Part shown: positions 18,921 through 28,056 of the stretch, in pieces
Layout: the number at the start of each line of letters is the position of its first letter
Numbering within the stretch: the stretch's first letter is position 1
IMG/VR virus record: IMGVR_UViG_3300012533_000005
Length of the DNA stretch: 64,000 nt
Reading direction: 5' to 3' (one strand)
Source: a virus
Taxonomy: Duplodnaviria; Heunggongvirae; Uroviricota; Caudoviricetes
The notes under the pieces: generated by a model
Seen by the model: only the letters and a program-made list of their open reading frames with translations
What the model was told of the DNA's origin: nothing
Databases searched by the model: none
Position numbers and translations under genes: made by a program

Positions 18921-19262
18921 ATGAGATTTGAGCATTTAAAACAGGGATTGTTTGTTAAGTACGAAAACAAGCAGATATTCAGAAATTATCATATTTACGG
19001 CAGGGTAATGTATATGAATGAAAGTTTTGTAAGGATTTTAAATTACGATGATTTTGAGCAATTTGAATTTACAAAAGATGAAATAGAATCAATGGAGATT
19101 AATGAGATTTACGGTTCTGAATTAATGCAGTATTTGGTAATGAGAAAAGAAACTCTTACCGAGCTATTGGATGAAGTAAAGGTTAAACACGCTAAAGAGA
19201 TTGTTGATATTAATTATGACATTTCTAAGTTGGATGTTTGCATAAATGATTTAAAATCATAA
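18921..19262 (+). CDS. hypothetical protein (113 aa)
   Basis: ORF. Confidence 0.5.
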   Translation: MRFEHLKQGLFVKYENKQIFRNYHIYGRVMYMNESFVRILNYDDFEQFEFTKDEIESMEINEIYGSELMQYLVMRKETLTELLDEVKVKHAKEIVDINYDISKLDVCINDLKS

Positions 19263-19290
19263 CTTTGCAAAACATTAAAAAATAGAAAAA

Positions 19291-19506
19291 TTGGTATCGG
19301 TAAAATGGCATAGCTTAGAAAACTCACACATAGGGAAATCAACCTGTGGAAAATACCTTATTGAAATTACCAATGAAGGAAGCCATTTTGACTATAAAGT
19401 AAGCCAAAACAAGGAAATAATACATAAAAACGCTAAACCACACGATAGTATTGAGGATGCGAAAAGAATTATTATGACCTTATTATCTTTAAAATATATG
19501 TTTTAA
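19291..19506 (+). CDS. hypothetical protein (71 aa)
   Basis: Short ORF in an otherwise non-coding gap. Coding status is uncertain. Confidence 0.3.
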   Translation: MVSVKWHSLENSHIGKSTCGKYLIEITNEGSHFDYKVSQNKEIIHKNAKPHDSIEDAKRIIMTLLSLKYMF

Positions 19507-19549
19507 TTGTTTTTCTGTAAAATTGTTGAAAACTTTAATCAGTAATGTA

Positions 19550-19579
19550 TTGCGAATTGTATATTTAACATTATCTTTG
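19550..19579 (+). promoter_or_regulatory. Bacteroidota sigma-A-type promoter (TTG -33 box, 19-nt spacer, TAtcTTTG -7 box)
   Basis: TTG at 19550-19552 and TATCTTTG at 19572-19579. ACGGTCA at 19628-19634. The ATG is at 19640. Confidence 0.45.
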
Positions 19580-19639
19580 TATCGGCTACAAAATACACTT
19601 GAAAAAAACAATTTGAATTAAAAGAAACGGTCAGGATTT

Positions 19640-20950
19640 ATGAAGTTTATTAAAATCACAAGTAAAGGTGAAATTGACATAAGAGCTTTTTCAAAAATGG
19701 GTGCATCATCTAAAAGAGCAGATGGCACAAAAATAGGTATGTTCGGTTCGGGATTAAAGTATTCACTTGCGTACCTATTAAGAAAGGATGTTCCTTTTAA
19801 AGTTTTTTCAGGATACCGAGAAATTAACTTCTCCACAAAAGAAGATGTTTTTAGGGATAAAATAATTCACAGTATTTATATTAACGGTAGAGAAACTGAC
19901 CTTACAACAGATATGGGTATGGATTGGGAGCATTGGTTCGTTATCCGTGAAATTTACTGTAATGCTCTTGATGAAACAGAGGCAAGTATAAGTATTGCTA
20001 ATTCACCTGATATTGAATCATTAAAACCTATTGAGGATTTTACTACTTTTTATATCAAAGTAGATGCTGAATTTGAAAAAATACTTAACGATTGGGATTT
20101 GTATTTTTCTGAAAACCGTAGGGATGTTATTTACAAAGATTTGAAATCTAATCAAATTTATAGTGGTGGAGAGAGCTTAATTGTTTATAGAAAAGGAATC
20201 CGTTGCCATTTTGTACAAAAGGAAAAATCCTTATTTAATTACGACTTATCTTGGGTTGAGATTAATGAAAGCCGAGTTTTGAAAAGCGAGTTTATGCTTA
20301 GATATGATTTAGTTGGTTTTTTAAGGGCTATAAATGATAACGGTATAGTTCATAGAATACTCTACAATATAAATGATTGTTGGGAAAAATGTTTTGATTG
20401 GAATCATAAAAGCCACATTCCGTTTTCAGATACTTGGACTGAAATAATTGGAGAAAAATATTTAATTCCATACGAAAACGGTGGTTTTTGGGATGAAGAA
20501 ATAAAATACTTAAAAGATAAATGTATTATTTTGCCGAATAATTTAATTGAAGCACTTAAATTACAATTTGGTGATAAGGTTAAGGTTATTGGTGATGATG
20601 CCACAAATGATGGTAAAGCTGATAAGAAGGTAATCAATGAGTTAAATAAGCGTGAACAATATTTGTTAGACGAAGCAGTAAAATTTCTTAACGAAGTAGG
20701 TTATGAAATAAAATATCCAATTAAAGTTTGTAAATTCTTTAGAACAGAAACACTCGGACAAGCTTTAGATGAAACAATATTCCTTTCTGATAAACTTTTC
20801 ACAATGGGTAAGCGTGAAATAATCAATACTATTATTGAGGAAAATCAACATTTAAAAACAGGTTTCAAAGACGAAACAAGGGCTATGCAAACGGATTTGA
20901 TTAATTTGGCTATATCCTTTATGGAAGAAAAATTAGGTAGATATTTATAG
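19640..20950 (+). CDS. hypothetical protein (436 aa)
   Basis: Long ORF. The IGMFGSGLKYSLAYL glycine-rich motif could not be placed in a family. Confidence 0.55.
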   Translation: MKFIKITSKGEIDIRAFSKMGASSKRADGTKIGMFGSGLKYSLAYLLRKDVPFKVFSGYREINFSTKEDVFRDKIIHSIYINGRETDLTTDMGMDWEHWFVIREIYCNALDETEASISIANSPDIESLKPIEDFTTFYIKVDAEFEKILNDWDLYFSENRRDVIYKDLKSNQIYSGGESLIVYRKGIRCHFVQKEKSLFNYDLSWVEINESRVLKSEFMLRYDLVGFLRAINDNGIVHRILYNINDCWEKCFDWNHKSHIPFSDTWTEIIGEKYLIPYENGGFWDEEIKYLKDKCIILPNNLIEALKLQFGDKVKVIGDDATNDGKADKKVINELNKREQYLLDEAVKFLNEVGYEIKYPIKVCKFFRTETLGQALDETIFLSDKLFTMGKREIINTIIEENQHLKTGFKDETRAMQTDLINLAISFMEEKLGRYL

Positions 20951-20967
20951 GTATTAGTCAGATTATT

Positions 20968-21330
20968 ATGACAAGAATTAATGTAGGAATACCGCCAAAT
21001 GATTTGACAACAAAGCATTTGATAGCCGAACACAGGGAAATAGTAAGAATACCTAATTGTGTTTCAAAAGGTAGGTTTAATCTTAAAGACCAACCCGAAA
21101 AATTCACATTAGGAAAAGGACACGTTAAGTTTTTTTATACACGATTAGGGTATTTAAAAAAAAGGTATGAAGAAATATATGCAAATTGTTTAAGTAGAGG
21201 GTACAATGTTTCTTATTATGGTGATGCTTGGAATAATCTACCAAAGGAATTTATGAACGATTATATTCCAACACAAAATGATATTAATATTATAAAACAA
21301 AGGATACAAGAAAGGTTAAGTGGTAAATAA
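20968..21330 (+). CDS. denV: pyrimidine dimer DNA glycosylase / AP lyase (T4 endonuclease V family)
   Basis: MTRINVGIPPNDLTTKHLIAEHREIVRIPN...GKGHVKFFYTRLGYLKKRYEEI closely matches T4 EndoV ([27 protein letters not shown]...GAGHVTFFYDKLEFLRKR), including the catalytic N-terminal Thr2. Confidence 0.8.
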   Translation: MTRINVGIPPNDLTTKHLIAEHREIVRIPNCVSKGRFNLKDQPEKFTLGKGHVKFFYTRLGYLKKRYEEIYANCLSRGYNVSYYGDAWNNLPKEFMNDYIPTQNDINIIKQRIQERLSGK

Positions 21331-21978
21331 ATGAACGCAACAGTATTAGAAAATACAGATATTTCAAACTTAGAAAATCAAGTTTTTGAAAATGGCTTAT
21401 TAAAAGTTATGCCATCATCTTTTTATCATTCTCTTGACCAAAACCAAGTAAAGATTTTAATGTGGAAGCACGGTATTTATGTTATACCTACTCAAGAGTT
21501 GATTGATTGGTTAAAGCAAAATATTCACGGTAAATCCATAGAGATTGGTGCAGGTATAGGAACTATTTCAAGAGCATTGGAAATACCTATTACCGACAGC
21601 CGTATGCAGGAATTACCCGAAGTTAAAATGTATTACGCTTTAGGTGGTCAGCCCGTTATTCAGTATCCAAATGATGTTGAAAAATTAGATTTCAAACAGG
21701 CTATATTCAAATATCAGCCACAAACAGTAATAGGTTGCTTCATTACGCATAAATACGACCCACAAACTAATACGGGAAATGCTTATGGTATTGAGGAGGA
21801 ATTTATTTTAAAGAATGTAAGCCGATATATTAATGTAGGTAATCTATATACTCATAAGGATAAACCAATTTTAAAAAGAAATCCTGTTGCTCATAGTTTT
21901 GATTGGTTAATTACCCGTTCAAACGACCAATCTTTGAATAGAATTTGGGTTTATGACCAATTTGTAAAAAATGATTAA
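21331..21978 (+). CDS. hypothetical protein, possible class I SAM-dependent methyltransferase
   Basis: Motif I-like SIEIGAGIGTISRAL followed by PITDS. Confidence 0.5.
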   Translation: MNATVLENTDISNLENQVFENGLLKVMPSSFYHSLDQNQVKILMWKHGIYVIPTQELIDWLKQNIHGKSIEIGAGIGTISRALEIPITDSRMQELPEVKMYYALGGQPVIQYPNDVEKLDFKQAIFKYQPQTVIGCFITHKYDPQTNTGNAYGIEEEFILKNVSRYINVGNLYTHKDKPILKRNPVAHSFDWLITRSNDQSLNRIWVYDQFVKND

Positions 21979-22299
21979 ATGGAGATATTGTCAATTTATA
22001 CAACTAAAAAAAACAAGAAAAAACAACACTATATGTATGTCCGTACTAACCTTTTTTCAATAATACAAATATCAAAATTTGCTTATGAACAATTAAGATT
22101 AAATTCAATTAATGAAGGGTTTAGAGTTATTCAGAGTAAGAATGGATGTGAAAAATTAGAGAAATAAATAGTATGGAAATATTTAAAAATAAAGAGGTTC
22201 TTAAAAATATTAAATTAAATGGCGTAAGTCTTTTAACCATCAAGACAATAACGGAGCAGGAAGTATTAAAAGCATTAAAAAACAATAAAAAAAAGTAAT

Positions 22300-22743
22300 A
22301 TGAGTAAGTTAGGATTAGCAATTTCAATAGCTTCAAAAGCATTTGAAAACAAGTTAGATAAGGGTGGTAAACCATATATCCTTCATTGTCTTTGGGTAAT
22401 GAATAAAGTTCGTCATTTAGGCGAAGAAGCTATGATTATAGCCGTGCTACACGATATAGTTGAGGATACCAACGAAAACTCTGAAATAAATTACACATTC
22501 GCAAAGCTTACTGAATTAGGATTTTCGGATAATGTTATTGGTTGCTTACATTTACTTACTCATAATGAAGAAACTCCTTATGATGAATATATCAAGGCGA
22601 TTTCAGTACATAAAATTGCTACTGAAGTTAAAAAAGCTGATATTGAGCATAACAGTAATGTTAGTAGGCTAAAAGGGTTGCGTAAAAAAGATATTGATAG
22701 GCTTGAAAAATATAGCAGAGCATACGTTTATTTATCAAACTAA
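22300..22743 (+). CDS. HD-domain small alarmone hydrolase ((p)ppGpp pyrophosphohydrolase, SpoT/Mesh1-like)
   Basis: KGGKPYILHCLWV...AVLHDIVEDT matches the RelA/SpoT hydrolase H...HDxxED signature. At 147 aa it is a single-domain hydrolase. Confidence 0.6.
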   Translation: MSKLGLAISIASKAFENKLDKGGKPYILHCLWVMNKVRHLGEEAMIIAVLHDIVEDTNENSEINYTFAKLTELGFSDNVIGCLHLLTHNEETPYDEYIKAISVHKIATEVKKADIEHNSNVSRLKGLRKKDIDRLEKYSRAYVYLSN

Positions 22744-22942
22744 TTTAATAAAGTGAATAACTTATACCAATATTCATATAGAAATGGATTGCAATTTGTA
22801 ACAACAGCAGAGCCTTTATTGATAGGTATTGCACTTTATAAATCATTTAATAAAATTTCACCCGTTGAAGTCCCAAAGCTTATTGGTGTTTGGAGATTTA
22901 AAGAAATTAAAACACAAAAAAACAAGACAAAATAAAACAATT

Positions 22943-23557
22943 ATGAATCTATCAAACGAACAACTCTACAAAAAGATTGAAGAAATTTACAGTAGCGAAA
23001 AAGGAAAACCATTCATCGCACACTTAACAAGAAGCTTCCTTCCTCTTAATCGCTCAACTTTTATGCTTTCAAACGAAAAGAAAAAGTTGATGAAATGTGC
23101 AATCACAGGAACTCCATTAATCCATAAAGAGGAATTAATAAAGTTTCAGTTAGAAAATGTAGATGCTATTTTGAAAAACTTTGGAGATAGATTGTTAGGT
23201 AACACTACTGAAAATTTATTGTTAGAAAATTTCAAGGGTAAAATGTTAGCGGTGGAGTCTGAAAAATCAGATAAGTTACTTTGTTTACAGGCTGTTCATC
23301 AGTTGTTAAACTTCGCTTCATCAGAATACCTAAAAGGTAATAAACACATCGGTTATATACTAAAGGATGAAAATAGAAAGGAAGTGCAAAATCAATCCAA
23401 CAATAGTCCAATCGTTAATCAAACAAAATCGGATAAACCACAATTAAAACAACAACCACAACAAAAATCAACAGTAGTTCACTCTACTACAAGTTTAGGT
23501 GATTTTGATGTTCTTAAAAACTTGAAAGAAAAACTTGAAAAAAACGAGAGTAATTAA
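22943..23557 (+). CDS. hypothetical protein (about 204 aa; start trimmed to MNLSNEQ)
   Basis: The track ORF 22829-23557 overlaps the 22753-22935 ORF. There is an ATG at 22943. Confidence 0.45.
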   Translation: MNLSNEQLYKKIEEIYSSEKGKPFIAHLTRSFLPLNRSTFMLSNEKKKLMKCAITGTPLIHKEELIKFQLENVDAILKNFGDRLLGNTTENLLLENFKGKMLAVESEKSDKLLCLQAVHQLLNFASSEYLKGNKHIGYILKDENRKEVQNQSNNSPIVNQTKSDKPQLKQQPQQKSTVVHSTTSLGDFDVLKNLKEKLEKNESN

Positions 23558-23559
23558 CT

Positions 23560-23814
23560 ATGGAAACTTTATTTTTTAATGGTTTACATGGTTTTAAAAA
23601 AGATGATGATTCAAAGACAATCTATCTGAATAAAAATCATTTAAAGGAATCTCAAAAGAAGATATTGAGAATGGGAGATGGTTCTTTATATCATATTGGT
23701 TACTCAAGTGTAAAGGTGTATATAAAAAATATGCTGAAGGGTTATGAGGAACAAGGATATAAAATAATGTTTGAACATGAAGGTAAAAACGTATTATTAA
23801 GATTTAATAGGTAA
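23560..23814 (+). CDS. hypothetical protein (84 aa)
   Basis: ORF abutting the upstream stop. Confidence 0.45.
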   Translation: METLFFNGLHGFKKDDDSKTIYLNKNHLKESQKKILRMGDGSLYHIGYSSVKVYIKNMLKGYEEQGYKIMFEHEGKNVLLRFNR

Positions 23815-23818
23815 AAAA

Positions 23819-24019
23819 ATGGCAATAGAATTAAAAGCACCGAAAGGTAAATTTAGAGTTATTGGAGTTGATACTTTCAGTAATGAGGATTGGGTTATTG
23901 GGGATTTTAATAGTGTTGAAATAGCAATTAAAACAGCAAATGGCAAGGGTGGAGAAATGCTTAAAACACACGTTTACGACGATAAGGGAAAACATATTCA
24001 CGAAGCAGGTAAATTTTAA
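23819..24019 (+). CDS. hypothetical protein (66 aa)
   Basis: ORF. Confidence 0.45.
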   Translation: MAIELKAPKGKFRVIGVDTFSNEDWVIGDFNSVEIAIKTANGKGGEMLKTHVYDDKGKHIHEAGKF

Positions 24020-24198
24020 ATGTCAGAAACTAAAAAAATAAAATTTAGAGAATATCAATACGATGTTTTTTATGAAATACACGGTGATATGGCTACGGCT
24101 ACTGTTCGTGGTAATAATTGGGCTGATGCTAAAAAAGTATTTAAGAAAATATACGGTAATTTTAAAATAACAAATCATCAAAGATTAGGAAAAGTATA
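24019..24198 (+). CDS. hypothetical small protein (59 aa; below the ORF-track cutoff)
   Basis: ATG at 24019 overlapping the upstream TAA. Translates to MSETKKIKFREYQYDVFYEIHGDMATATVRGNNWADAKKVFKKIYGNFKITNHQRLGKV*. It exactly fills the gap between two genes. Confidence 0.4.
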
Positions 24199-24199
24199 A

Positions 24200-24478
24200 A
24201 TGAGAACAATATTTAAATATCAATTAAAGGTTGATGGTGAACAGAGTATATTAATGCCTAAAGATGCAGAAATACTTTGTGTAAAAGAAGTAAAAGGAGA
24301 TGTATTCATTTATGCTTACGTTGATAAAAACGCTATAAAAGAAGAAAGGTTTTTTATTATTTATGGCACGGGACATGAAATTGAAAACGATATGTGGTCA
24401 AATAAGAAATATATTGGAACATTCGTTATGTTAAATGATAATTTTGTTGGACATTTATTTGAGGACTTAAAATTATAA
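24200..24478 (+). CDS. hypothetical protein (92 aa)
   Basis: ORF. Confidence 0.5.
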   Translation: MRTIFKYQLKVDGEQSILMPKDAEILCVKEVKGDVFIYAYVDKNAIKEERFFIIYGTGHEIENDMWSNKKYIGTFVMLNDNFVGHLFEDLKL

Positions 24479-24750
24479 TGGAAAAATATTCAAAATTAGA
24501 AGATAATATAAACAAAAATTATGTTAGTTATTATAGACACGGTAAATCAGTTACTCATAGCTTTCAGGTAAGGTATAATTCAAAAAATGAAATTGATTGC
24601 CTTATGGCTATGGACAAAAGAGTTAATCCTAAAGGAGATTGGTACTTTAATGGTGAAAAAGGAAACATAACAAAAGAAGAATTTGATGCCGAATTATTTA
24701 AAACTATTTTATTCTTAACCGATAAACAACAGACACCAATAAATGAATAA
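24478..24750 (+). CDS. hypothetical protein (90 aa)
   Basis: ORF with an ATGA start/stop overlap. Confidence 0.5.
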   Translation: MEKYSKLEDNINKNYVSYYRHGKSVTHSFQVRYNSKNEIDCLMAMDKRVNPKGDWYFNGEKGNITKEEFDAELFKTILFLTDKQQTPINE

Positions 24751-25243
24751 CGGAAAATATAAAATTGATTATGTTGACAATTTGAAAGTTGATAATGGAA
24801 AAGAAATGTTAACACCTATGAGGGTAAATTCAAAGGAAGGCACTATTGAAATACCAAAATCTTTTTTTGATAAAAATTCTATTAATTATCATAGGTTTAA
24901 AGTGAAAAACGCACCCCTGATGGTTTATCACGAATTATTACATATTGAAGGAAATATAAAGCATAAAGTAAATATAACAAACAAAAGAATTAAAGAGTGG
25001 ATTGAGTATGCTGATAAAGAATTAAAGCAATACAGGGAATCAAAAACATTCTTAACGGTAAATGGAGAGTCGGTAGATAATAATTTCTTATTCACGGGTA
25101 CATTAAGTTCATTTAGAATGAGATTAATTAAGCGTTATTGGTGGAGATTGGGAATTTATGGTATAAAAGAGAGATGGGAATATTTCAAGCTTGGTCGTAG
25201 AATAAATAAAATACTTAAAGGAAATGGCTTACAAAAATATTAA
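24743..25243 (+). CDS. hypothetical protein (166 aa)
   Basis: ORF. Confidence 0.5.
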   Translation: MNNGKYKIDYVDNLKVDNGKEMLTPMRVNSKEGTIEIPKSFFDKNSINYHRFKVKNAPLMVYHELLHIEGNIKHKVNITNKRIKEWIEYADKELKQYRESKTFLTVNGESVDNNFLFTGTLSSFRMRLIKRYWWRLGIYGIKERWEYFKLGRRINKILKGNGLQKY

Positions 25244-25550
25244 AAAAAGTAAAAGACAGTTAATTGTTGATGCTTATCCCGATGAAAAAATAGTTTTTTT
25301 TGATGGATTTGATGATGCCATATTAGGTATTGATGAAGAAGAAATGAGAGTAATCTATTCGGTTAAAAAAGCAATAGATATAATTTACAAAGATACACCA
25401 TTAAAAAAATCTGATTTAACAAAAGAAGAAATTGAAGAAGGTGTAACCGTAAGAGATAGAAGAATGGAAATGTCGTTAGAACATTTTGAATATAATGTTC
25501 GTGGCACTAAAGGAGAAAGATTTCCGATTTGGTTAACTAATGATTTTTAA
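25224..25550 (+). CDS. hypothetical protein (108 aa)
   Basis: ORF. Confidence 0.45.
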   Translation: MAYKNIKKSKRQLIVDAYPDEKIVFFDGFDDAILGIDEEEMRVIYSVKKAIDIIYKDTPLKKSDLTKEEIEEGVTVRDRRMEMSLEHFEYNVRGTKGERFPIWLTNDF

Positions 25551-25552
25551 TT

Positions 25553-25897
25553 ATGGTAGTTGATAAAGATAAAATATGTAAGGATGCTGTTGATACATTT
25601 GGTGTAGATAACCAATTTGATATGGTTTCAGAGGAGTTTGGTGAGCTAATCCAAGCATTAAATAAAATAAAAAGAACTTTCGATACTAATAAGTTATCTG
25701 AAATAAAACAAGGTAAGATTAAGTTTAATAGCGTTAAAGAATCCCTTGTCTATTGTGGTATGTGTAGTGAGATTGCGGATGCAAAAATAATGATTAGACA
25801 ACTTGAATATATATTTAGTAATGACCATATTAATATTTCTGAAGAAAGAAAATTAATTAGATTGCAAGACAGGATTTATAAGAAAAATAAAAAATAA
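25553..25897 (+). CDS. possible MazG-like nucleotide pyrophosphohydrolase
   Basis: VSEEFGELIQALNK resembles the MazG ExxE-containing helix. Weak evidence. Confidence 0.5.
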   Translation: MVVDKDKICKDAVDTFGVDNQFDMVSEEFGELIQALNKIKRTFDTNKLSEIKQGKIKFNSVKESLVYCGMCSEIADAKIMIRQLEYIFSNDHINISEERKLIRLQDRIYKKNKK

Positions 25898-25899
25898 CA

Positions 25900-26115
25900 A
25901 TGCAGAAGGAAATAGAATATAAAGGAAAGAAATATACTATTGAAATTCAATGGGCAACAGAAAACTATGTAGTTAGAGCTATTGGTGTTGGTGGTTTTCA
26001 GACCATACCATTAGATTGTTTAAATGATATTGAAAAAATTAAACCTCATATCATAAAAGCAATAGAACATAAGCCTGATTTACACGTAATTCAAGAGTGG
26101 GATGGTAAACTTTAA
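25900..26115 (+). CDS. hypothetical protein (71 aa)
   Basis: ORF. Confidence 0.45.
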   Translation: MQKEIEYKGKKYTIEIQWATENYVVRAIGVGGFQTIPLDCLNDIEKIKPHIIKAIEHKPDLHVIQEWDGKL

Positions 26116-26118
26116 TAA

Positions 26119-26406
26119 ATGAGCAGGTTTTTAATACAATTATTGAGGCTTAAACGTAAAGAAGCTAATAAAAGAATACAAATGAAAAATTGTTTTATAA
26201 TAGTAAATAAAAATGGTAATATGATTACCACAGACCATAAACTTCCTATTTATTGGAATAAGTCAGTAGCTTTAAAGGATAAAGAAAAATTCGGTGCTGA
26301 CAAAGTAATTAGTGTTAGAATTGATTATTTGAAAAACTTATTAAAACAATCCGCAACATCACAATATCTTAAAAATAATGCAAAAAATATAAACCTTAAA
26401 AAATAA
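26119..26406 (+). CDS. hypothetical protein (95 aa)
   Basis: ORF. Confidence 0.45.
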   Translation: MSRFLIQLLRLKRKEANKRIQMKNCFIIVNKNGNMITTDHKLPIYWNKSVALKDKEKFGADKVISVRIDYLKNLLKQSATSQYLKNNAKNINLKK

Positions 26407-26409
26407 AAT

Positions 26410-26784
26410 ATGAAAGCAGAAATGAATATTTATGTATTGATTGCAATGTTATTAATACATTGGATAGCCGACTTCGTGCTACAAACTGACAAACAGGCTA
26501 AAGGAAAAAGTAAAAATTGGGATGATTTATTGGCTCATACCATAACATATTCTGCTTGTTGGATTCCATTTGCGTTTTTTAGATTTGGCTATTCTTCAGT
26601 TGGGTTTTTAATGTTTCCAATAATAACATTTATAGCTCATACTATTACGGATTATTTTACAAGTAGATTAAATTCAAAACTTTGGGCTAAAGGTAATGCA
26701 CATTACTTTTTTGTTTCAGTAGGTTTTGACCAAATATTACATTATGTTCAGTTAATAATAACGTTTCAGATTTTAAGTAGTTAA
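26410..26784 (+). CDS. integral membrane protein (124 aa, 3-4 TM)
   Basis: Hydrophobic segments YVLIAMLLIHWIADFVL, CWIPFAFF and LMFPIITFIAHTI. Confidence 0.5.
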   Translation: MKAEMNIYVLIAMLLIHWIADFVLQTDKQAKGKSKNWDDLLAHTITYSACWIPFAFFRFGYSSVGFLMFPIITFIAHTITDYFTSRLNSKLWAKGNAHYFFVSVGFDQILHYVQLIITFQILSS

Positions 26785-26810
26785 TATAAACCATATAAAA
26801 AACAAATAAA

Positions 26811-27212
26811 ATGCTAAGAAGAATGACAGTTATCGGAAATCTTACAAAAGATGCCGAAGTAAAAGAAGTGAAAGACCGTAAAGCTATTAATTTTGCTGTC
26901 GCTGTAAATGAATATTTTAAAGATGCTAATGGAGAAAAGCTTGAGAAATCAACTTTTTATAATTGTACTCTTTGGAGAGAAACAAACGTGAAGGTTGCTG
27001 AGTTTTTAACTAAAGGAACTAAAGTGTTTATTGAAGGAACTCCTGAACCTGAAATGTTTAAGACAAAAGAGGGTGAAGTTAAATGTTCTATTAAGATACT
27101 TGTTTCAAATCTATTATTAATGGGTGGTGGAACACGACACGCTGAAGAAGGTGGTGGTTCAGGTAATGCCAACACAGGTTCAGGTAAACCTAACGAAGAT
27201 TTACCATTCTAA
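26811..27212 (+). CDS. ssb: single-stranded DNA-binding protein
   Basis: The N-terminus VIGNLTKDAEVKEV...AINFAVAVNE has an OB-fold SSB pattern. A Gly-rich linker and an acidic C-terminal tail EDLPF follow (compare the DDDIPF tail). Confidence 0.7.
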   Translation: MLRRMTVIGNLTKDAEVKEVKDRKAINFAVAVNEYFKDANGEKLEKSTFYNCTLWRETNVKVAEFLTKGTKVFIEGTPEPEMFKTKEGEVKCSIKILVSNLLLMGGGTRHAEEGGGSGNANTGSGKPNEDLPF

Positions 27213-27223
27213 AATAAATAACT

Positions 27224-27517
27224 ATGGAAAATAAAGAAGAAATATCATCACAGAATGATGTGAAAATGTTTAAAGGTGTAGCAATATCATTATTTTGGGC
27301 ATTAGTTGTCCTTATTAGTGATTTTGTCATATTTGAATTTGCATTAAAAATTATGTCAGCCCCAAGTACTTTAGGGTTTATTATAGGCGTATTGTTAATA
27401 GCATTTTGTGTTTTAGCAACTATTGCCTTTTTTTACCTTGAGTTAAAAAAAATGTTTAAGAAAAATAATTCAGGTAGTCAACCTGAAGAAAAAAACAAAC
27501 CCGAAGAAAATAAATAA
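27224..27517 (+). CDS. small membrane protein (97 aa, 2 TM)
   Basis: AISLFWALVVLISDFVIF and GFIIGVLLIAFCVLATIAFF. Could be holin-like. Confidence 0.45.
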   Translation: MENKEEISSQNDVKMFKGVAISLFWALVVLISDFVIFEFALKIMSAPSTLGFIIGVLLIAFCVLATIAFFYLELKKMFKKNNSGSQPEEKNKPEENK

Positions 27518-27527
27518 ACAAATAAAT

Positions 27528-28052
27528 ATGAAAAAAATAATAATCGGCTTAATGTTAGCCACAATCACATCATTTTCTTTTGCTCAAAAGGATAGCGTTT
27601 ATGTAGCTAAGATAGTAGATGATATGGAGGATAAATCTTATTATGTTCCATCAAGAAAAATGATTTGTGCATCAGATGATAAGAAAACAGGTTTTGCATT
27701 ATCGGCATTTCTTACATACAAGAATGACGAAATAACTATAAATGAGTTAAAGGTTAAGACTGTAAACATTGGTAGTTGTGATGAAAAAGATGAATTAATT
27801 ATTCTTTTTGAAGATGATAGTAAAATAAAGCTTATATCATGGAATGAGTTTAATTGCAAGGGAGATGCTTGGTTTAATTTATCTAAATCAGATAAAGAAA
27901 GTTTATCGAAACTTAAAATAAAAAAAATAAAAGTTCAGAATGGTAGAACATTTGAAAGTTTCACAAAAGAGCTTACTGATGATGGTGATTACTTTATACA
28001 GTTGTTTTATGCTACTAACAATAAAAAAATAAAAGAAGTAAAAGAAAAATAA
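27528..28052 (+). CDS. secreted protein or lipoprotein with N-terminal signal peptide
   Basis: MKKIIIGLMLATITSFSFAQ. Confidence 0.5.
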   Translation: MKKIIIGLMLATITSFSFAQKDSVYVAKIVDDMEDKSYYVPSRKMICASDDKKTGFALSAFLTYKNDEITINELKVKTVNIGSCDEKDELIILFEDDSKIKLISWNEFNCKGDAWFNLSKSDKESLSKLKIKKIKVQNGRTFESFTKELTDDGDYFIQLFYATNNKKIKEVKEK

Positions 28053-28056
28053 AATC

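Noticed and set aside
19640-20950. GHKL (Hsp90/MutL-like) ATPase assignment for the 436-aa protein, based on IGMFGSGLKYS (G2-box-like) and NALDE (N-box-like)
   Set aside because: The motif order is reversed relative to the GHKL fold (G2-like precedes N-box-like) and no G1 DxGxG box is present. Left as hypothetical.
22173-22298. 41-aa ORF (MEIFKNKEVLKNIKLNGVSLLTIKTITEQEVLKALKNNKKK) between 21979-22167 and 22300
   Set aside because: Too short, and without distinguishing features to support it as a gene. It does fill the gap exactly and may be real.
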